Source: Candidatus Poribacteria bacterium (GTDB lineage Bacteria > Poribacteria > WGA-4E > UBA9662). Taken from it: 49,117 nucleotides of DNA. Position numbers and translations under genes: made by a program. The stretch is taken from positions 1 to 49,117 of the forward strand of contig JAYGDX010000306.1 in NCBI GenBank assembly GCA_046582655.1, in the 5' to 3' direction. The notes below the pieces were generated by a model. The model was not told the DNA's origin and ran no database searches. It saw only the letters and a list, made by a program, of their open reading frames with translations. Shown here in pieces: positions 40,977 through 49,117 of this stretch. The first letter of the stretch is position 1. The number at the start of each line of letters is the position of its first letter.

Positions 40977-41807
40977 CTACCGGAATGACATAGCGGTTAC
41001 GCCTTTTTCAATCTGGTTTTCGAATAGTAGGTAGAGGATAAAGATCGGGAACCCACAGGTAAAGCCTGCGGCCATCAGGAGATGTTGTTCTGACCACCAT
41101 TGTCCGTTTAAAATGGCCAACCCGATGGGTAAAGTTCGCATGTTCAGGCTGTTTGTTACAATCAGTGGCCAGAAGAACCCATTCCAACTACCCAATGCAG
41201 TAAAAATTGCAAGTGTGGTTAATGCGGGTCTAGCCAATGGGAGGATGATTTGGACAAAGATTCGGAAGTCACCACAACCGTCGATTCGAGCAGCCTCTTC
41301 GATTTCGCTCGGCATGTTCAGAAAAAACTGACGTAGCAGAAATACTCCGAATGGGCTAGCCAGACTGGGAATAATTAGAGCATAATAGGTGTCAATCCAC
41401 CTTAGTTTCTGAAGAATAATGTAGACTGGTACCAGCGTCACCTGTCCAGGAACCACCATAGCGGCAACAATTATGAAGAACAAGTGGTCCCGAAAAGGGA
41501 ACTGCAACCGAGCGAAGGCAAAGGCGGTCAGAGCAGAAATAAAGACGACCAGTATCGTCGTAACGATGGCCAAAAAGACGCTATTCCAAAACCATCGAAC
41601 CAATGGGGCTCCCGGCTGTAGAAACAGCTCAATATAGTTGAACGGTTGCCATTTGTTAGGAAGAATCTGAAGAGGGGAAAGGTAAACCTCTTCCGCTGGT
41701 TTTAAGGAGGTTACCAACATCCAGAAGATCGGAAGCAACATGAGTATAGCGCAGATAACTAGTAGGATATTCCAGATGATGGTAGAGATTTTCGAGTCTT
41801 TCATCAA
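40977..41807 (-). CDS. Carbohydrate ABC transporter permease (MalG-like)
   Basis: LPIFWMLVTSLK, AFAFARLQFP, EAA loop EIEEAARIDGC, RTLPIGL. Confidence 0.94.
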   Translation of the reverse strand: MMKDSKISTIIWNILLVICAILMLLPIFWMLVTSLKPAEEVYLSPLQILPNKWQPFNYIELFLQPGAPLVRWFWNSVFLAIVTTILVVFISALTAFAFARLQFPFRDHLFFIIVAAMVVPGQVTLVPVYIILQKLRWIDTYYALIIPSLASPFGVFLLRQFFLNMPSEIEEAARIDGCGDFRIFVQIILPLARPALTTLAIFTALGSWNGFFWPLIVTNSLNMRTLPIGLAILNGQWWSEQHLLMAAGFTCGFPIFILYLLFENQIEKGVTAMSFR

Positions 41808-42700
41808 TGGTATTCCTCATGTTTACCCAGAATCAGGAAAAGCAAGATGGTGAAAATAAGAATTAACAGAGCCAAGACAAACGCACAGGCAGATGCATAT
41901 CCCATACGAAAGTAACGAAATGCTTGGTAATAAATGTGAAAGATTGCAGTGTAATTGGAAAAATAAGGGCCGACTCCTGTCAACATATAGGGGCGATCAA
42001 AAACCTGAATACTGCTGATGGTGGAAATAACCAGACAAAAAAGGATCTTGGGGAGGAGCAGGGGTAAAATAATCGATCTCAGCATCTGGATCCCGCTAGC
42101 TCCATCAATGGTGGCGGCTTCTTTCAGTTCTGAAGGGATTTCTCGTATGCCAGCGTAGTAGATCAGCATATTGAATCCACAACTGCCCCATATTGCCATC
42201 AACGCAATTGCTGGCATGCTGAACCGGGCATCTCCTAGCCAGTTGGTATTCTTGATGCCCAAGAAATTCAAGTAGTAATTGATAATCCCAAAATCGGTAT
42301 TATACAACCACTGCCACATAATTCCTGTTGTGCCAACACTTAGCAAAAGGGGAACGAAGAAAATTTTCCGAAACACATTCCTGAAGCGTTTTACTTTTGT
42401 TAGTCCGTAGGCCAAGAAAAAGGAAACTAGATTCCCTCCAATCACAGTCATGGTAGTATAATACAAAGTATTGATGATGCCTTTTAGAAAGAGCTCATCT
42501 GCAAAGGCATCCTTGTAGTTTCTAAGTCCAACCAACTGGTACTTGCCAGAGATGAACGTCCATTTGGTTAGGCTGATCAGGAATCCCGTCGCGATTGGGA
42601 TCACCAGCCAGCAAAAAAATAGGAGCAGATAAGGAACAACATAGGAAAAATTAATCAGAGGCTGAATCAACAATGAACGATGGTCGTGATCGGTTTTCAA
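41804..42700 (-). CDS. Carbohydrate ABC transporter permease (MalF/UgpA-like)
   Basis: VGLRNY, EAA loop ELKEAATIDGAS, QVFD, MGYASA. Confidence 0.94.
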   Translation of the reverse strand: MKTDHDHRSLLIQPLINFSYVVPYLLLFFCWLVIPIATGFLISLTKWTFISGKYQLVGLRNYKDAFADELFLKGIINTLYYTTMTVIGGNLVSFFLAYGLTKVKRFRNVFRKIFFVPLLLSVGTTGIMWQWLYNTDFGIINYYLNFLGIKNTNWLGDARFSMPAIALMAIWGSCGFNMLIYYAGIREIPSELKEAATIDGASGIQMLRSIILPLLLPKILFCLVISTISSIQVFDRPYMLTGVGPYFSNYTAIFHIYYQAFRYFRMGYASACAFVLALLILIFTILLFLILGKHEEYH

Positions 42701-44010
42701 TCAAGACTCCTTCGTAAAATGCTTTCGACTGCTACTTTGATCTCATCGACCATTTTTGACATTGGTTGCTGGCCTGACATGGCCGAAAGCAAACAAGGCT
42801 CAACGCGTGTTTGGATTTCGATGATGTTGGGATCGTTCGGCCCGAAAATGACCTGTGGTATCTGTGCGGCGAAGACAGGATAATGTGCTTTCTCTGTAAA
42901 ATCTGGCGAACTCAACTGCGAGTATCTAGCTGGTAATTGGCCTCCATCTGACCATGTGACACCATGATTGGACAGATAGGTCAGAAGAGTCCATGCTGCC
43001 TCCCAGTCGATGGTATCGCTGAACCGTGGCAAACACATTACATGCGAACTGGCCCATACTGCCGCGCGATTACCCAACTGTGGATAAGGTAAGACACCCC
43101 ATTCAAAGCTAGCGAGTTTTTTCATCCCATTCATCATCCAGATCCCCTCGGCATACATCGCGATTCGGCCTTGTAGAAACCCTTGCCATAGATTAGATCC
43201 GTCATGAATTGGATTGGGCATGTAGCCATGCTTATTAATTGCATCGTAGAGAATCTGGAGTGCCTGCTGGCTAGCCTGCTGGTCGATCAAACATTTTCCT
43301 GTCCTTCGGTCTAGAAACTGTCCCCCAAACTGTTCGGTCAAAGTATAGAAGTGCTTTAGTACCGATCCACCGAAAACAAAACCCCATTTTTCAGGATTTC
43401 CATCTTCATCTCTATCAACAGTCAATTGATTAGCCAACAAAAAGAAATTGTGTCGTTCTAGTTTTTCAGGTACGGGGACATTAAGCAGGCGAAAGTAGTC
43501 TTTGTTGTAGAAAACAGCAGTATTGTGACAATCAAGTGGGATTCCATAAATGTTGCCATTGATAGTAACCCGCTCCCAAATAGGAGCCAAGCAATCAGAA
43601 ACAGGTATCCCTCGTTCTCCACTTACCAAATTGTCTAGTGACCGAATGGCATCTTGCTGAACATAGTTGAGTAATTCATTCTCATGTAAGATAAAGACAT
43701 CTGGAGGCTTACCTGAGCCCAGAGAAACCATCAATTTGTCAAAATAGGTGCTCCACGGAATGATTTCCATTTCAACCTCATACTGTGGGAAATCCTGCTC
43801 GAATTTCTTGATGATTTGCCACATAGTTTGCCCATCGGGACCAGTAAATCCATTCCAGAAAGATATCTTTGTTTTTTTGTTCTCTTTTCCCGACGAATAC
43901 TGTTTTTTTGTATCACATGCACAAATTGTCAGAACGCAACAGACTAAAAAGAGCATAGGCATTATGGACTTTTTGATCCATAAAATTATTGATTTGTATC
44001 TTGAGGTCAT
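42697..44010 (-). CDS. Sugar ABC transporter substrate-binding lipoprotein
   Basis: Lipobox-like LTICAC, ISFWNGFTGPDG, GKPPDV, IYGIPLD, VFYNKD. Start uncertain (ATG 44010 chosen). Confidence 0.9.
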   Translation of the reverse strand: MTSRYKSIILWIKKSIMPMLFLVCCVLTICACDTKKQYSSGKENKKTKISFWNGFTGPDGQTMWQIIKKFEQDFPQYEVEMEIIPWSTYFDKLMVSLGSGKPPDVFILHENELLNYVQQDAIRSLDNLVSGERGIPVSDCLAPIWERVTINGNIYGIPLDCHNTAVFYNKDYFRLLNVPVPEKLERHNFFLLANQLTVDRDEDGNPEKWGFVFGGSVLKHFYTLTEQFGGQFLDRRTGKCLIDQQASQQALQILYDAINKHGYMPNPIHDGSNLWQGFLQGRIAMYAEGIWMMNGMKKLASFEWGVLPYPQLGNRAAVWASSHVMCLPRFSDTIDWEAAWTLLTYLSNHGVTWSDGGQLPARYSQLSSPDFTEKAHYPVFAAQIPQVIFGPNDPNIIEIQTRVEPCLLSAMSGQQPMSKMVDEIKVAVESILRRSLD

Positions 44011-44071
44011 TACAATTCTCAATGCTAAATTGTTAATATCGGAAGGAATAACCAAGTCGAGTTAATGGAAT

Positions 44072-44100
44072 ATTCTAACACGATTAATGTTTTGGGGTAA
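44072..44100 (-). promoter_or_regulatory. Duplicated promoter-like element, copy 2 (ABC operon)
   Basis: Minus strand TTACCC-17 nt-TAGAAT with extended TG, about 60 nt upstream of the binding-protein gene. Confidence 0.6.
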
Positions 44101-44469
44101 AGAGACAGATTGGTTGACAGAGTAATTGGGGTTGATGAATAGTGCAGGCACACAATGATACGATTTTGTAATATGATGAAATATTCAGCAAAAATAGTTT
44201 ATCCATAATGGCGAAAATCATCGGTGCCAGCACTATACAGATACACCCGCCTTCTACAGCAAGTGGCTAATAAACCGCATTGAAGGAGTTTTTTCACTAA
44301 TTGAATCCGTTTGGGGGACGTGTCTATTGGATTTCTCAGAACCCATCTGACGTAATCGCCATCGTGTTCTGGACACGAAATCCCAAACCTTTGATATTTT
44401 ATTTGGATGATTTGCGAAAACGGGATTTTCTGTGTTATTTCCATTTCACTGTCAACGGTTATTCACCGG

Positions 44470-44722
44470 CAATATGATGTTACCAAGCGAAGTCTGCTTT
44501 TTTGATGAGTTAGTGGTACATGGATCTAATGCTAATGCTTCAGATCAGCCTCGTGTCGCATTCTCCCTTCGTTACATCGTTCCGAGCGCCGAATCTCTTG
44601 TGGATAGTTGGGAGAAAGGTGTTTTTCGGATTCGACCGCTACTAGTCCAAAGGCCAGATCGCTATCGCCTAAATACGGAAATCGAATTCACCGGAATCGG
44701 TGATGGAATTCCATTTACTTAA
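44470..44722 (+). pseudogene. C-terminal remnant of a PhyH-like dioxygenase
   Basis: MLPSEVCFFDELVVHGSNANASDQPRVAFSLRYIVP matches the distal His/Arg region; no N-terminal half is present. Confidence 0.7.
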
Positions 44723-45934
44723 TTCTTAATTGTATACTTGCACTGGATAACTTCAGTTCAATAATCTCAGAATTAAATCTACTAGGAGTGTTGTATGAGC
44801 AATAAAATCTATCCTTTTGACTTAGATGCGAGTGCATTGATTTTTCTTGCTTATACATATCATGCATCAAACTTCACCTGAGGGTGGCATTCCAATCGGG
44901 AACGGTCGTACATGCACAGATAAACCGCAATGACGTTTTTTTATGTAAGTGCCCGGTTCAGAATTAGGAAGATACTCCATCCAGAATACTGTTATGAATA
45001 CGTATTTGTGTTATCTTGTTACAAGCACGTATTTGTGTTGGAAGACAGGATATGCTACAGGTGAAATACTCCTCGGAAGATGAGCAAAGCACCAACTTCA
45101 TAGGGAATGAGCAGAACATGCGGCTCAACGTTTGGTAGAAACAGCGGCATGTGCCTAAAAAGTCACAGCGGATTCTCCTGCTGGACTGGGGACATCGTAC
45201 TCAAGGCAAGGTTCAGCAAACGGGAAAAGTGGTGTCCGATGCATACTTCCTCGGCGACGACATATGCACGGTCTCACATTATCAAGATTCGATAATCACC
45301 CGTTACGATGGCGGTTCGGTCAATCCGGCCGGCCTCGAGAAGCTGAACGTCGAGCAGCGCGCGGTTGGTCGAAAGTTCGTTTGTTTCGAGGTGTTCTTCC
45401 TATATTCTCTCTACCAGAGAGCTAGTGGGGCGGGTGATCATCTACTCATCATACTGCAAGGGTACACTGCTCTTGAAGCAATTTTTGGTTATGGCATTTT
45501 CCCCAGCACCGAGATGATGCTGGAATATGTGCTCGGGGCATAGTACAGGGGGAATGCAGGTTGACGACCAGTACACACATCCATATTGTTCAGCGTGGGG
45601 AGTCGCTTGAATAGGATCTGGATTATGGGAATAAAGAGACGCCACTCACAGCGGGAATTGAGCGACAACACATGGAAACTTGATAAAGTGCTTAGGGTCT
45701 GTCATCTCAGTCTGAGGTTTAACTCTCTAGAAAAATCGGTAAGCCTTAGCCGAATAAACATGAAGATCGACGGTAGCACATACGACTGATACACAGATTG
45801 ATCTGAGGTGAGATCCTGCCTCCGATGAGGCTTAAAGATGTAGATTTGTAGTGGTTTTAAGTGGTGAGTCACCGAATGAAAAAAACAGGCTCTAAGGTCA
45901 CAAGCATATAAAGATCGTATTGGTGGAGGTGAAT

Positions 45935-46771
45935 ATGAATCGGCATAAAATCCGTTATGAAGTGCTCAACAGCCGTAAGCAGGATGAAAGTGGACGATAC
46001 TGGGAAGTGGATGTGCAGGCCAACCCCGAGGAATTGCAAACATTTGCCGAATCCGGTTATTTGGTTAGGGAAAGCCTTTTTCAAGGCGACGCACTCCAGC
46101 GGCTTCGAGATGCGCTGGATCGGTTGGAGGAGAATGAGTGGAAAAACCGCGATATGGCCATCGCTGGAAAGCGGGGCTGGGGTTTTATTCCACGGCATCT
46201 TATGGACAAGGATGAAGTGTTTCTGGAGCTTTTGAAGTTTCAGCCGGTGTTGTCGATTGTCCGTGCGATGATGGGACCGCTGGTCCGGTTGCGAGGGCTG
46301 AGTGCCCGAATTAGCTATCCGGGCGACGACCGTTGTCATCAGACGCCTTGGCATCGGCATATGCGGGTAGTTCCCAATCCGCTGCCACCGTGGTTTTCGC
46401 GGCCTCATTGCATTGATGGCTTGATTTATCTCGACGATTTGAACGTAGACACTGGACCGGTGGCCGTTGTGCCTGGATCGCACAACTGGTTGGATCGAGA
46501 GCCACCACTTGATACGTATGAACCAATAGAGGGCGAGTTGGAAGTCTCTGTCAAAGCAGGAGGCGGGGTATTGATCCATGGTAATCTCTGGCACCGAGCA
46601 CTGCCGACACTAAGTGCAAAACGTAGGATGTTGATTTTGAGTTACACTCCAACTTGGTTGCGTAAGTCGCCTCACGGTGGTCCTCAACCTGAAGATGGGT
46701 TGACGAAATCGTTTCTGGAAGCAGCGGATTTTGAGGCACAGATGCTGTTGGGGGTAGGCGGATATTCTTGA
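45935..46771 (+). CDS. PhyH-like Fe(II)/2OG oxygenase with HxH motif
   Basis: FAESGYLV, TPWHRH, IYLDDL, VVPGSH, KAGGGVLIHGNLWHRA, KRRML. GGAGGTG RBS. Confidence 0.88.
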   Translation: MNRHKIRYEVLNSRKQDESGRYWEVDVQANPEELQTFAESGYLVRESLFQGDALQRLRDALDRLEENEWKNRDMAIAGKRGWGFIPRHLMDKDEVFLELLKFQPVLSIVRAMMGPLVRLRGLSARISYPGDDRCHQTPWHRHMRVVPNPLPPWFSRPHCIDGLIYLDDLNVDTGPVAVVPGSHNWLDREPPLDTYEPIEGELEVSVKAGGGVLIHGNLWHRALPTLSAKRRMLILSYTPTWLRKSPHGGPQPEDGLTKSFLEAADFEAQMLLGVGGYS

Positions 46772-47016
46772 TCGAGGACTGGAAATTAGATTTTCAGGCG
46801 AATGTATCGGTGACCCTGTTTCAAAACATCACCGTTAGTGTCTTTCATGCGTTCGAGGCGATCTACTGTATCCTTATGGTGGTTTATTTCTAACGTTTCT
46901 GCTTTTGTGATAGACACTTTTTTGAATCACTTGGATGTCGTCTGGTATTCCACACATGCAATCGCGTCATTCAGCTCCGACGAGCGATGACATCCTAGAC
47001 TGTCTCCATTTTTGGC

Positions 47017-47045
47017 TTGACACACCCTCTAGTTGTGTTCAGAAT
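47017..47045 (+). promoter_or_regulatory. Sigma70-type promoter
   Basis: TTGACA-17 nt-CAGAAT about 40 nt upstream of ATG 47086. Confidence 0.5.
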
Positions 47046-47085
47046 AGGTTGTTACCTTTCTCTCACATTACGCAAAGCAAGCATC

Positions 47086-48144
47086 ATGAATGAAATGAAA
47101 AAATATCGTGTCTGCATCGTTGGCCTGACAGGCATTGGCTCTGGTCGTCCGTTGGTTGATGGCGGAGCCGGGTACGGGGCGATTGTACCTCATTCCCATG
47201 CCGCCGCATATTCCGCTCTACCAGAGACAGAAGTTGCCGGTGCCTGTGATTTGCGTCGAGATCGGTTGGATCAGTTCAAAGAAGTCTGGTTGGTGTCTCT
47301 GCCAGCGTTGAAGTGCTACACGGATTATCAGCAGATGATTGATGAACTGAAGCCAGATATCCTCAGCGTTGTGACTTCTGACAATCGCCATGCCGACATT
47401 GTCGTTTTTGCAGCGAACTCTGGGGTGCGGGGCATTTTCTGTGAAAAGCCGATTGCAACCACACTTGCGGATGCGGACCGAATGATTGAAACTGTGGAGC
47501 AAAACGGTGTGGCGATGACGATCAACCATTCTCGCCGTTGGCGTCCTATCTTTCGCCCCGTCTTGGATGAGTTGAACAAAGGATCTATCGGTCAGCTCCA
47601 GCGAATAGTCTGTTCGTTTGGTGGACCAAGAGCGATGCTCTTTCGGAACGGCACCCACATGGTCGATACTATGTGCATGTTCGCGGATTCGGAACCGCAG
47701 TGGGTCTTTGCGGAATTGGAAGAAGGATACGAAGACTACTGGCCTTATCAGGGGGATGGCGGGCGTACCCCTGAGCTTGAGCCTGCGGTGTCAGGTTATA
47801 TCCATTTCAAGAATGGGGTTCGTGCATTTTACAATAATGCCAAACGGATGTTTGGCCGTCGGGACTGGGAACTGTTCGGTACGACAGGCTGCATCACTGT
47901 CAGCGACCAGCATGCCTTCATCGAAACGGAAAATGTAGGGAAAAAGATTGATTGCCCGCATAATACCTGCGTTGATTCACCAGCTGCCATCCGTGAGTTA
48001 ATAGGAGTAATGGAGAAGGGTGGGGAAACGTGCTCTCCACCGTCTCAAGGCCGACGGGTACTGGAAGTCCTGCTGGCGTTTATGGCTTCTCAGAGGAAAG
48101 GCAACTCCAGAATAGATCTCCCACTGGATGAGAATGCTGTTTAA
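47086..48144 (+). CDS. Gfo/Idh/MocA family oxidoreductase
   Basis: VCIVGLTGIG, YTDYQQMI, IFCEKPIA, NHSRRW, NGTHMVD. Confidence 0.93.
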   Translation: MNEMKKYRVCIVGLTGIGSGRPLVDGGAGYGAIVPHSHAAAYSALPETEVAGACDLRRDRLDQFKEVWLVSLPALKCYTDYQQMIDELKPDILSVVTSDNRHADIVVFAANSGVRGIFCEKPIATTLADADRMIETVEQNGVAMTINHSRRWRPIFRPVLDELNKGSIGQLQRIVCSFGGPRAMLFRNGTHMVDTMCMFADSEPQWVFAELEEGYEDYWPYQGDGGRTPELEPAVSGYIHFKNGVRAFYNNAKRMFGRRDWELFGTTGCITVSDQHAFIETENVGKKIDCPHNTCVDSPAAIRELIGVMEKGGETCSPPSQGRRVLEVLLAFMASQRKGNSRIDLPLDENAV

Positions 48145-48346
48145 GTCTCCGGCTACCTCTGCCGATTTTGCCAGAAACAGCACATCACGGTTAAACATCG
48201 ATAGATGAATAACCGCCAGTAACTTCCGTCGCTGCAGTAACTGATAAAATAACCGACAATCTTTCATTGTTGCTATCCAGTTTTCGGTGGACTAGTCTGT
48301 TGGTACCAGCAATTCCCAGATTTCGAGGGACCTATGAGGTGCGGCT

Positions 48347-49117
48347 ATAGCTCATGAAAGTCTGACCATTAAAGCAGTTGCCATTGGCCTATTCTGTGTC
48401 ATCTTTTTTTGTATCATCACGCCCTACAACAATCACTATGTGCGCAACACCTATCTCGCTAGTAATCATCTTCCCATTGGACCACTCTTTGTCCTTATTT
48501 GCCTAATATGCGTTAGTGTGGGGCTCGGACGTCAGATTCCGAAACTGAGTCTAGGTACAGGTGAACTTGTGGTCATCTGGGGGATGATGCGTGTCTCAGC
48601 GAGCATTCCTTCCAAAGCATTTGTTGAGTATTTGCTCCCTGCCCTCGTCGCTCCAGGTTATTTCGCCACACCTGAAAATCAATGGCACCAACTATTTCAC
48701 GCTTATATTCCAGTTTGGCTGGCACCCCAAAATTTTGGCATTGCTAGGGGATTTTATGAAGGAATGGCGGGCGGTGAAATATTGTGGGATCCTTGGATAG
48801 TCCCTCTGCTGATTTGGATGCTCTATGCACTCTCGCTATATGGAGCAATGATATGCTTGAACATCATCTTGCGTCACCAATGGATTCAAAATGAACGGAT
48901 GGCTTTCCCATTAGTGCAGTTACCCTCCGAAATCATTGGTTCTCCTCAAGATAGCGGTCGATTCCCAACTTTTTTTAAAAATCGATGGATGTGGATTACT
49001 TTCACCATTGCCGGAACATTACATCTTTTCAATGGTCTCCACTTTTATTTCCCTCAAGTCCCCCTGATCCCAACTCGCTTTTCACTTGATCCATTTCTCG
49101 CTGAAAAACCTTTTTCT
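48347..49117 (+). CDS. DUF6785 (OPT-like) membrane transporter, partial, runs off window end
   Basis: Open frame LTIKAVAIG..ITPYNN..SNHLPIG..YFATPENQW..RHQWIQNERMAFPLVQLP. The start codon position reads ATA after a GAGGT RBS. Confidence 0.8.
   Translation, partial: MAHESLTIKAVAIGLFCVIFFCIITPYNNHYVRNTYLASNHLPIGPLFVLICLICVSVGLGRQIPKLSLGTGELVVIWGMMRVSASIPSKAFVEYLLPALVAPGYFATPENQWHQLFHAYIPVWLAPQNFGIARGFYEGMAGGEILWDPWIVPLLIWMLYALSLYGAMICLNIILRHQWIQNERMAFPLVQLPSEIIGSPQDSGRFPTFFKNRWMWITFTIAGTLHLFNGLHFYFPQVPLIPTRFSLDPFLAEKPFS

Noticed and set aside
40977..44010. Missing ATPase in the ABC operon as an anomaly
   Set aside because: Carbohydrate ABC operons commonly share a MalK/MsmX-type ATPase encoded elsewhere.
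45060..45790. Short ORFs in a GC-richer patch
   Set aside because: No family recognised on either strand; probably decayed sequence. BLASTX is needed.
45869..46594. 241-aa minus-strand ORF
   Set aside because: Antisense shadow of the PhyH-like gene.

Overview
Bacterial chromosomal window, most consistent with Candidatus Poribacteria or a similar marine heterotroph. This is inferred from the PhyH/sulfatase expansion, YWTD and TPR repeats, a C-terminal 'PxG..SxxWGKIK' tail and DUF6785-type transporters. It encodes three Cys-type sulfatases, six PhyH-like Fe(II)/2-oxoglutarate oxygenase genes plus remnants, several Asp-box/BNR and other beta-propeller proteins, a carbohydrate ABC transporter without its ATPase, nfi, a cold-shock protein, a TPR-array protein and a 1422-aa tandem-cyclase/STAND/TPR protein. 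Many genes are frameshifted or decayed. Two observations stand out. (1) Four of the six PhyH-like genes lack the canonical HxD iron ligand: three carry halogenase-type HxG/HxA motifs and one carries HxH. (2) The large cyclase has two class III domains with complementary loss of catalytic residues, a pseudo-heterodimer like mammalian soluble adenylyl cyclase but in reversed domain order. No rRNA, tRNA, CRISPR array or transposase was recognised. All calls are from manual reading, with no database searches.
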